DNA of 64,000 nucleotides from the NCBI GenBank assembly GCA_030390025.1, contig CM059427.1, positions 57,722,001 through 57,786,000 of the forward strand, in the 5' to 3' direction. Below are positions 54,156 to 64,000 of this stretch, piece after piece. Numbering within the stretch: position 1 is the first letter of the stretch; each line of letters begins with the position of its first letter. The notes beneath the pieces were generated by a model that made no database searches, was not told where the DNA came from, and saw only the letters and a program-made list of their open reading frames with translations. The position numbers and the translations under genes are program-made. The stretch comes from Squalus acanthias. Lineage: Eukaryota.

Positions 54156-56364
54156 CTTCGGAGAGAGAGAAAAAAATAGAGGGAGCGTTTACAAAAAACA
54201 CACACGCCAACAATGTGTTTTACGGTACTCATTTAAATACTGCCCGCGAAATAAAGCACAGCCCCGGCCACCAGCGCACTCGGCGGACTTGGGCTCCAGC
54301 GATAGCAGAAGCCGGCACCTCTCCCAGCCCTCGGAGCTCTGAACGCACATCGCAACTCTCAGCACTGACTTTATCCCAAAATGTTCCAAACTGGGGCCAT
54401 TGCACGATAGCGGAAAGCCTGCGACTGTCCAAGCACATAAAGGGACCAGGCGGCTGAAATTCGCTTTTATATTATGTTTTTTTTTAAATGCGATTGTTAG
54501 AAAGAAGCATGACTATTTTTTAAGAGGGTTTTTTGTTGTTGTTGTTGCACTTTACTCTTTTGTTTGAGAGAGAGGGAGGGAAACAAGCGCGATCGCTGAC
54601 TTACGAGATGGGAGAGGTGGACAAAAAAAGAATGCACTGACGATCGATGGGGTCGTTGTGTGTGTGAGAACCGGCATCGTGCTGGTTTCCAGGACTTCAG
54701 AAATGTTTGATTTTTATTCCCCCTGACTGTAGGAAACGTGTAATCGTTAAACTACATCAGCATCTGCAACTGGGGTGATGAAAGACAAAGTAACGGTGCC
54801 GGCTGAGATCAGACTCTGTGTCAATCTATGCATTTCCGCCCGTTCTGGAATTTGCACGTTTACCTGCATTTATTTACTTTTTGCAACCAACACCACCCCC
54901 CACCCCCCCTCTCCTCCCCCGCGCCCCCAGCAAATATTACCAATCCTCGTTCCACGCACACACACACACACACACACAGCCCAAAGCATCAAACACCCGC
55001 GATGATTAAAGGTGATTCCGGCTCATGTGGGCAAAGTGTAACTGTAACATGACATGAATGTGGTAATTCCCCCCAAATTTACAGATGTTCCTTTTTTTAT
55101 ATATTTAAAACACACACACACACACACACACAGATTGATTTACGCCCTGCAAATGATGGCAACCGATGGCAGGAAACGTATGATTTTAAAACCTGCTTTG
55201 TTGTGAATTCAAACTGAAACGAAACTGACAAATGGGGGGAATCCAGGCATTGCTCTAAAAAAAGGTTCGCATCAGATAAACCAGCAGCGCACAGAAACTG
55301 TATGTTTAATAGCTGATATTTATTCCAGTACATTGTATATATGAAAGTCCGACCACACTCCACACAAGCAAAAAAAAACCCACAGCAACAAAGACTTTAG
55401 GATCACTCAAAAAATGGCCAGTCCGACTTATCTTATGTAATAAAGTCACATAAGCGACCAAGCATGTCATAGTGAAAAATGCCATCAGTGTGCCACACAT
55501 AACAACTGCACTTTCTTTTTTACTTACTCGAGTGAAGGGAAGAAAAAAATAAACAATTGCGACTACCTCCTACACAATGAATCACACTTTTAACACCATC
55601 CGCTCCCCTGAATTCTGATCAGAACTGACTTTAGTAATAATTCGCCTTCAACACCAACCCAACTTTCACTTCTGTCATTACAATTGATTTTTGTTACCCC
55701 CCCCCCCCCCCCCACCCCCCCCCCCCCCCACAACCCCTGAAGTTTGCTAGGGTTTTTTTTTTAACGCGGAGAGCAAGGCAAAAAGAAAGTAGAAACACCG
55801 CATAGTTCAAAAAGGGATTCAAAGTTTTGGTAACACATCCATTCACAGCAATAGGGGGATCCGGACTGTTTCAGTTTGTTGTAAATTACAAAAACAAAAC
55901 CGTGGCTTCCCATAAATCCTCTACAATAAGAAATATTCTGTCGCTCTTTTAAATCCCTCGAAATTTCCGTCTTTAAATGAGAGCCACAGTGAGGAGGGGA
56001 AACGCATCGAGAGAGTCAGTCGCACTGTCGCAGCAGGTAACGGTCCACTTGAATAATCCATTCCTCACTAAAATAACAAAAGCCAACAAACGAGAAACAC
56101 ACGCGAGCTGGACAAGAGAGAATTGCAATTTTCCTAAAGGATTCCCACGAGCTGACGGACTTGCTTTATTTTTCTCCATCAACACCTTTTTTTTTTACAC
56201 CTGGATGTCAGGTACTTTAACAAAGTTTTGCACCCAAAATGCAAACAGCATTAAGAGGAGGAACGGATGAAATTCACAAAAGTTTATTTCCTCGCGCGTA
56301 TTTACAAATACCTGCACACAAAATCTATCTATGTATATTATAGATATATAAATGTATAAAATAC
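54156..56364 (-). other. ZEB2: ZEB2 intron 1 (2209 nt, within the 5' UTR)
   Basis: GT..AG between the two exons. Its size is similar to the ~2.5-kb mammalian 5' UTR intron. Confidence 0.8.
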
Positions 56365-56725
56365 CTGCTCTGTCCTGGCTGTGTTGTTTAGTAAGACTGG
56401 TAGGAGATCGGCAGCGTGGAGATGAAGGAGCATGAAGAGCAAGACGAGGTTTTTTTAAAAGGGGGAGAGAAAAAAACCTTTAAAGACTTGAGGAAGGACC
56501 GTTATTCCTGCTGTGCAGGTTAGAACTGATCGCTCCGTTGTCTCCCACACCAGGAAACACAACCTGTGGACGGACTGACGTGTTCCGCTTGTTGGAATGA
56601 CATTTTTCTATAAAGAGAGTCCCTGAAGTGCGGCCCCAGAAACGCACGCCACCTATCTTCGTGGTAAGGGATAATTGAAGATCCGTAAACGTGATCATCG
56701 GTAGAAGTGACGTTTTCAAACATTT
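56365..56725 (-). other. ZEB2: ZEB2 non-coding exon 1 (5' UTR); 5' boundary approximate
   Basis: Donor GAGCAG|GTATTT at 56365/56364. The blocks CTTCAATTATCCCT, AAGATAGGTGGCG, AAAAATGTCATT, AACACGTCAGTCCGTCC, GTGTTTCCTGG and GATCAGTTCTAACCTGC..GCAGGAATAACGGTCCT match the human ZEB2 5' UTR as I recall it. Confidence 0.85.
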
Positions 56726-57799
56726 TTCTGCCTCTCTCTCTCTGTCCAGTACGAATCTGGATTAAATTACCTTTACATTCGCGGCCATCATCAGAGGAAG
56801 GGGAAGGGTGGCGGGGAGTGGAAATGCAGATGCCCCTCTCCCTCGTTCGACGTAAGAGTGAAATTGCACCATTCTTACATGGCTAGCTGTATCTGAAAGT
56901 ACAGATCACACAGCCCCGTGCCACTCAGTGACTTCAACAACAACAAAAAAACTCCAGCCCTTTTCAACTCTTGCTCGCTCAGAGATGCAGTGGGATAGAC
57001 GGATGCATCGCTATGTAACCAGCCTCCCAGATGCGGCTGCCGATCGGATCGGATCTTCCCCTGGCTTTTGCCAGTGATGTTACTTAAATGACATGTTTTA
57101 TTTCGCAGAAAGTTGGCGGCTCGCGTCTCATTTTTGCTTTGCACCAGCCCAATAGTCTGAATCTTCTCATCCCGAACTGAAATTTCGACATTGATCCCCC
57201 CCCCCCCGCCGTTGTAAAATGCTGAACGTTTCGCAATAACTCGAAACTTTCACCATATTCAGAAACTTTGATCTTGTTTTGTTTTAGAGATTTCAAAGCA
57301 CACGAGCATCGTGTTCTTTTTCGCCTTATTAAAAAAATGCCCCAGGACCCTTGCAGTCTATTCCCTCCCAGTGTCTGATTGGTAACCTACCTTTAACTAA
57401 AGAGCTCGCCCTTAAACATCAACCGCTAATGATTATTTAAACTACTGCCTTAACCTCTAACCCTAAGTAACTGATCTAATAAAAAAAGGAGGGGGCAATT
57501 CTCCGGAGTGAAAGGCACTGGCGGATAAAGGGTTAACGCGCTCTGTTGACGAAGTTCTCCTGAAACAGGAAACAAACCATTACCTGGTTTTAACATAACG
57601 ATTGGGATTCGTGAGGTTGGAAGGATATAAAAGCGATTATATTTGGGTTTGTGGCGTGTGGTTCTGAAGTGCTTATGTGCGTATATACCGCGCCAGTGTG
57701 TCTATGTGATTTTCCCCCCTTTTTTTCCCACTAGTTGTACATTTCCAAATATCTGCTTCTCCCTTGTTTCACATCGATACCAAAAGCTCAGCCTCCGCG

Positions 57800-58330
57800 G
57801 TGCAACCATTGGCTCCGTGACAGTCCCAAGCTGCCCTGCCTTGACATGTCGCTAACTCCTGTTTGGCTAATTAAGTTTTCAATCACCAGACATTGGGTAA
57901 TAATAAATCAGATTGATCATTTATCGGAGCCAGTCAGTTTGTTTTTGCAGGAATAGGCGGGGCCCAGAGGTTTTTGGGGATGCACAACTTTTGAGATGTT
58001 GTGGGTTTTTGGAACGAAATGTAAAAGTGGGTTCCCTGGAGATCTTGAGAAAGTCCTGATTCCCGAGATGTTTTTCTTTCATTCCTGTAATTATTCTAAC
58101 ATTGCTGGTTAAAGGTAGCAGGATCTGGTTGGCTACATCGGTCGGGCGTGTGAAATGTTTGAACAAAATGACCTGGTGCATGGGGATTCTGCCGAAATGT
58201 AAACCAAATCTCTGGACTTTCAGAGCAAAATCTCCTCCAGTCCTGTCCGGGGGAAGTTCAGTGTTCACTGCCAGAGTTTATCCAGTACCAAGGCCAGAAG
58301 TCAATCAGCTGTCTTTTAATACAGAACTTT
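57800..58330. promoter_or_regulatory. Candidate upstream conserved element
   Basis: TGACAG/TGACAT (MEIS), TAATTA and ATAAATCA (PBX-HOX) about 1.1-1.6 kb upstream of exon 1. Confidence 0.45.
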
Positions 58331-59062
58331 TCTAAATCATTTTTTTTCCTGCTGCAACATAACACGATAAAAGAATACCCAGGATGGGTATAAAATGGTG
58401 AAAATGGAGTCAAGCACTTAAGAGCCTTAGTCACACACCAGGTCCAAGTGATTCTAGTAATGCTGCTTTCAGGAGCTGCTTCTTTTCACTTAGATAGAAT
58501 AAATTTTGTCTGCATGTAACTCTTTAAAATGAATTTTCCTTTTGATGCATACTGTAAACCCATTCGTTTTTTGGGAGAGTGGTGGTGGTGGCGGGGGGGG
58601 GGGGGGGGGGGGGGGATCGTATTGTATTAAGACTGCATTCCTGGGAAAGACTAGTTTACTTCAGTGAGTAGGACTGAGCTTTCAAATGATAAATTGTGCA
58701 AGACTCGGTAAGTGCAATGGCAAACTGTGGGTGTAATCCCATGAGTAGAGAGCAGACTGGTTCTCCCTTGAGCATAATTACAATAGGATGGCTTTCAGTT
58801 ACTTTTTAAAGAAGGACTCTTATCATCAGCCCCTCGTTTAAAAATCAAATGATTAAAGAGACTAATGATTCACTTGAAAACAATTTTTTTCAGGCTAATT
58901 CTGTTGATGTATTTTGCAATATTTTTTGTTTAAATGGTGGACCGATGACCTAATCGGGGAAACTCTCTCAGAGAAGTTTATTGAGTCTAACAGTATGAAG
59001 GACTTGATTTAACATCAGCAAAGGTACAGTCATCAAATGGTATCTCAGCAATGTTGTAAAAT

Positions 59063-59366
59063 AAGAAAGACTTGCATTTATATCACGTTTCTCATGACCA
59101 CCGGACGTCCCAAAGCGCTTTACAGCCAATGAAGTACTCTTTGAAGTGTAGTCACTGTTGTAATGTAGGAAACGCGGCAGCCAATTTGCGCACAGCAAGT
59201 TCCCACAAACAGCAATGTGATAATGAGCAGATAATTTATTTTAGTGATGTTGATTGAGGGATAAATATTGGCCAGTACACCGGGGATAACTCTCTTGCTC
59301 TTTTTCGAAATAGTGCCATAGGATCTTTTACATCCACTTGAGAGGGCAGACGGGGCCTTGGTTTAA
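59063..59366 (-). mobile_element. Deu-domain SINE, 5'-truncated
   Basis: Reverse-complement homolog of 28515-28836. Confidence 0.85.
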
Positions 59367-59404
59367 TTTACATATATTTTTGCAAGTATTAAGCAGCCAT
59401 TCTC

Positions 59405-59770
59405 AATGGCTCAACAAGTCTACTCAGTTAGTAGCTGAGCCATAAAGATCAGGAAGGTCCCATGTTTGATCAGTGCTAATTTAACAATCTTGGCCAGGGT
59501 GGCAGTAGGGGCTGTTATAATTGAGAAAGGAAAATTGGCCAGAGTTTGTACTGTCCAGCATCCCCTGCATGAAGTGGGTATGTGTAGTCATCAGGTGAGG
59601 GCAGGATTTGGGTTGGCTGTACTGCTTCTTATGATCAAATGGCCCCTGACACTGTCAAGACACAGATAGGAATAATGGCCACTTCAGGGAGGCACTGGAG
59701 GGCCCGTGGGGAACTGTTCCCAGCAAGGAATCAACACCTTTAGAAGAGCAGAAAAATTGATGGAGAATAC
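59405..59770 (+). mobile_element. SINE-like family X copy
   Basis: Contains TCAGGAAGGTCCCATGTTTGATC..TCAGGTGAGGGCAGGATTTGGG..AATGGCCACTT..GGAACTGTTCCCAGCA. Confidence 0.7.
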
Positions 59771-60057
59771 TGGTGAGCAAAGAGGATTAAAACAACAAAA
59801 CAAGCATGCTGAAGTTAACTTTAAAAAAAATGCTTATTATTGATTTTTTAACGATACTGATTCTTTTAATGATTATTATTGAAATATTTGTAAAGTATGT
59901 ATGCCAGATTTTAAAAGTAAAGGTAAAAAGACGGTAAGAGTAAAATTAGAAAATAATTTGGTGTTGCATGACCTTTTGCTTTCATATATGTGTCATTAAT
60001 CACGTTTATTTTGAGTCATTCACTTTTAAAAGAAATACTGATAGTGATGCTTCCATT

Positions 60058-60800
60058 CATAGGAACTTACAAAAGTACAACACAGGAAAAGATTCTGCAC
60101 TTCATCTGACTAGTCCCAAAAACAAATGCTTCTTAACCACCCACTCCCTCAAATATCTATCCAATTCTCCCTTAAATATTCCCACACTATCTTCCACAAT
60201 CCATTCCACATGTTCAACGCTCGCTGTGTAAAGTAATTAAATTTAAACTATCTGTGCACCTTCCCTCTTCTAAACTGGAGTGCACTTTTTCTGGTTCTAG
60301 CATTTGTGGCAATCTCAAACATAATATTAAGGTTCAATTTAACTATCCTTTTAAGAATCTTGAATACTTGAATAATATCGCCTCTGAGCCTTCTCTTCAG
60401 AATAAGAAGTCCCAGGGCCTTCCACTTCTCCTTATAACTCAGATGTCATATCTCGGCAACAATTTGGTTGTCCTTTTCACCATTGCCTCCAATGCCTGGA
60501 TATCACACAGTAACCAGAATTGTACACAATACTCTAGGTGAGGCCGTACCAGTACCTTATACAGATTCATTGTCTCCTCCTGGGATATATGTTCTATCTC
60601 TCTGGATATATTGGTTAGGTTTAATTACTGCTCCCGCACAGTGGACTGTTGGTTTCAGTGAGCTATTGCCCAGTTTCCTCAGATCCCTTTCCAATGTGGT
60701 GTCCTGTGGCAAAGAGCTATGCAGTTAACATTGCCACTTTTTAAATTTATCTTGCATCTGTCCACTTATCAGCTCATCTTCCTAACCTATTGAGGCTCTC
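60058..60800 (-). mobile_element. Old, degraded CR1 3' fragment
   Basis: The minus strand near 60513-60563 translates as LYKVLVRPHLEYCVQFW; the rest is heavily decayed. Confidence 0.75.
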
Positions 60801-61000
60801 TCTTTCAGTCTGTGTTAGGTTTTAGAATGGTATGACTTTGCGCGTCATGCGGCTCGTGACTGGGATAAACACCTTCAACAGATCTTTCTACCTAAATCCC
60901 AGGGAGCCAGCGGTAAACTTGAGGTAGGGAGCCAGTTTGGAATCCAGCTAAAACGTCTGTTGACTGCAGCAGCCTCAGCAAGTTTGGGCACAAATCAGAG

Positions 61001-61584
61001 GCGAGTGTCTATCCTCCTGACTCCCCAAAGCCTTTCCACCATCTACAAGGCACGAGTAAGGAGTGTGATGGAATCCTCTCCACTTGCCTGGATGAGTGCA
61101 GCTCCAACAACACTCAAGAAGCTCGACACCATCCAGGACAAAGCAGCCCGCTTGATTGGCACCCCATCCACCACCTTAAACATTCACTCCCTCCACCACC
61201 GGCGTACCGTGGCTGCAGTGTGTACCCTCTACAAGATGCACTGCAGCAACTCGCCAAGGCTTCTTCGGCAGCATGTTCCAAACCCGCGACCTCTTCCACC
61301 TAGAAGGACAAGGGCAGCAGGCGCATGGGAACACCACCACCTCCAAGTTCTCCTCCAAGTCACACACCATTCTGACTTAGAAGTATATTGCCGGTCCTTC
61401 ATCGTCGCTGGGTCAAAATCCTGGAACTCCCTACCTAACAGCACTGTGGGAGTACCTTCACCACACGGACTGCAGCGGTTCAAGAAGGCGGCTCACCACC
61501 ACCTTCTCAAGGGAAACTAGGGATGGGCAATAAATGCTGGCCTTGCCAGCGATGCCCAGATCCCATGAACGAATAAAAAAAAAA
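61001..61584 (+). mobile_element. 5'-truncated copy of the same LINE family as 4448-7629
   Basis: Highly similar to 7045-7629, with the same KAAHHHLLKGN C-terminus, the tail ...ATCCCATGAACGAAT and poly(A). Confidence 0.95.
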
Positions 61585-62639
61585 GTAAAGCGTGATCCCT
61601 TACGGGTGAAGCCACCATCTACTTCCATTTTGGATCGAAGCCGGTGATGAGTTCTGATCGAAATAAAAACAATGACTAGTCCTAATTGGGATTATTCCAT
61701 GCTGTAAAATTAACTTAGGCCAAGCTGAGGAATTTTGCTTTGCGTGGGCTATCCCTTTAAGAAGCCTGCATTACCCTGCACCAGTTTTCTGGCGATTGCC
61801 TATTTTACATACATGCAGCAGAGTATTGTAAACAGTGTAATACAATCCGTTAGGCACTTCGCTATATTTGCAACAAATTCACCAAAACAATCTGTGAGGA
61901 TATGTTGAAAATGCGTGCTCTCCAGATCAGCAGCTGGAGGGGATAACGTAAGAGAGTTCTTTTTACAAAAAATATTAACATAGATTTGACTCAGTATCAC
62001 AAAAATAAATTATTGCTGTCACTGAAAGCAAAGTATATTAGCAGCTTCACATTTTTTCAATCTTAGGAATCCCAGTTGCGATCACAAAAACAAACAGAAT
62101 GCTTATCCCTACTGAAAGCACTGGCGTTGCATTTAAAAGCTGTTCTTGGGCCGATCTGGGTCAACATAAGATTGGAGCCAGTTCATTCAGACAGGAAGGG
62201 GTCATGAGGCAGGCAGAGGTCTACAAAATAGAGGTGAGGAACAGTAGCATTTGGGAAGCTCTTTGTTGATCTCTCTCTGTGTCACTCAGTTTTTGAAGGC
62301 AAATCTACAGCAAGTTAATTAGTCCCAGCTTCTTAGCAACAGTTTCCCACTCCCTCAAACCTCCCAAGATGATGTGGGCAGCTGTAATTTATGTGAGATT
62401 AGATATTGCAGTGAATATTTGCTTGAATGCAGAACTGGTTAATTCAAGAGACAAATGTTTTATGACCTTGCCTCTTTTTATGCCTCAGATTTAAATAAAT
62501 ATATATATAAATCAAAAACTTACTTGCTATTGTCATTTTGTAAAGACTTGTAAATAAATAAAGCCCGTGGCAATACTATTGCCAAAATGTACCACATTGA
62601 TTGAATCTATAAAAATGCATCCCCCTTTCAGCCCCCCAC

Positions 62640-63005
62640 CACCACACGTTTATCCCCTTCTCTCCCTTACTTTCCTGAAGGAGTTCACTCATACTGGATG
62701 CAGTTCTATGGACATCAGCAGCACTCTGGTACCACACCCAAGTGACCGTTTTTCATATATGAGTCTGGACTGTGAGTCTATTTAGTTGTGGAGAACATCA
62801 CAGCCAACCCTGCTGGCGTCCTCTCTAGAGACTTTCAGCAAAGGGAACTAGAAAGCAATTAGGAGAAGGAAATTTGTTTAATGTTTTCCTCCCTAGGCCA
62901 GGGATACTGAGAAGGCATGTGGCATCCCCACAATGACCCCAGCTAAAGGTCTGCTTACTCGGCACAGACCAGGGATCAAACCTGGGCTCTTCCTGGTCTG
63001 TATTA
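62640..63005 (-). mobile_element. SINE-like family X copy
   Basis: Contains TCCTGAAGG..CACCCAAGTGACCGTTTTTCAT..CATCACAGCC..GCACAGACCAGGGATCAAACCTGGG. Confidence 0.7.
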
Positions 63006-63309
63006 CTTTGTGTCATATTGTTGACTTGCCGGCTGCATTGAGGGCAACCCAGTATTGCAAAGAGGGCCTCAAACAGGTGTTAGGCACCTTATTTACATAT
63101 GCAAAGGGCCTAACGTCTGTTTCAGGCCTATTTTTTTTGTGCCTATACCAATATGGTGGGTGGTGCACTTCCAGCTTGTAATAAGCATATGCTTCCTGCC
63201 CGCCATATTAGAGGCTTAGGTGCCTGTTTCATGCCCGTAAAACGGGCGCAGTGTCATTGAATTTCTAGGCCCCAGTCTTTGATGAGCCACAGTTTCCTCC
63301 AGTTAAATA

Positions 63310-64000
63310 TTGGGAAGTCCAAAGTCATTGTCTTTGGCACTCGCCACAAACTCCATACACTTGCCACTACTTCCAACCCCTGGCCACTGTCTCAGGTTGA
63401 AGAGCACTGTTTGCAACCTCGACATCCTATTTGACCCCCAGCTAAGTGTCCAACCCTATATCCTTTCCATCACAAAGACTGCCTTCTTCCACCTCCTTAA
63501 CATCATCCGCTACTGCCCCAGCCTCTGCCCATCTGGTTCTGAAACCCATATCTAAGCTTACACCACCTCTATATTCCACTATTCCAATGTTTTCCTGGCC
63601 TGCCGGCCCTCTTCCACCCTCCAAAACTCTGCTGCCCATATCCTATCCCGCACCCAAGTCCCGCTTACCCATCACCCCTATCCGTGCTGATATACATTAG
63701 CTCCTGGTCCCCCAATGCCTCAAATTTAAAATTCTCATCCTTGTGTTTGAATCCCTTCATGGCCTCCTATCTCCATGTCTCTGTAACCTCCACTAGCCCT
63801 ACAGTCCCCAGAATGCTCTGCTCCTCTGACTCCGAGCTCTTGTGCATACCCCCTTCCCTTCAACCCACTATTGGTGACTGTGCCTTCAACTCTCCAGACC
63901 TTAAATCTCTTCACCTTCTCACCTTCCTCTCCTCCTTTAAGACCCTCCTTAAAACTCACCTCTTTGCTCAAGCTCAAGCTTTTGGTCGCCCCTTCTAACA
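63310..64000 (+). mobile_element. Degraded L2 LINE 3' portion
   Basis: Fragments ITKTAFFHLLNI and SSFKTLLKTHLF; homologous to 30440-30984. Confidence 0.85.

Noticed and set aside
55697-55730. Poly-C/G runs (also near 24030, 26292, 53160 and 58592) as functional G-quadruplexes
   Set aside because: Homopolymer tracts are frequent throughout the window and error-prone; there is no specific evidence of function.

Overview
This is vertebrate genomic DNA, most likely from a cartilaginous fish, judged from recalled shark-type repeats (Deu-domain SINEs, CR1 and L2 LINEs, Penelope-like fragments). It has four N-gaps. The only host gene is the 5' end of ZEB2 on the minus strand. It comprises a non-coding exon 1 (donor at 56365/56364), a 2209-nt intron 1, and exon 2 (54155-54008), whose 73 coding nt give [24 protein letters not shown], containing the RRKQxxP NuRD-binding motif. 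The remaining ~54 kb is intron 2, and I found no ZEB2 exon 3 in the window. The intron holds many motif-dense, CNE-like blocks. A CpG-rich, transposon-poor zone surrounds the promoter, while the distal intron and upstream flank carry LINE, SINE and MITE relics and tandem repeats. Nearly all six-frame ORFs are spurious or LINE-derived. The strongest leads are: (1) a ~3.2-kb LINE whose 5' end is a tRNA-derived SINE head; (2) antisense splice signals over ZEB2 exon 1, suggesting a ZEB2-AS1-like transcript; (3) uORFs that appear positionally conserved with human; (4) a cryptic in-frame terminal exon that would give a ZEB2 isoform with the NuRD motif but no zinc fingers. All comparisons to human or repeat consensus sequences are from memory and need alignment.
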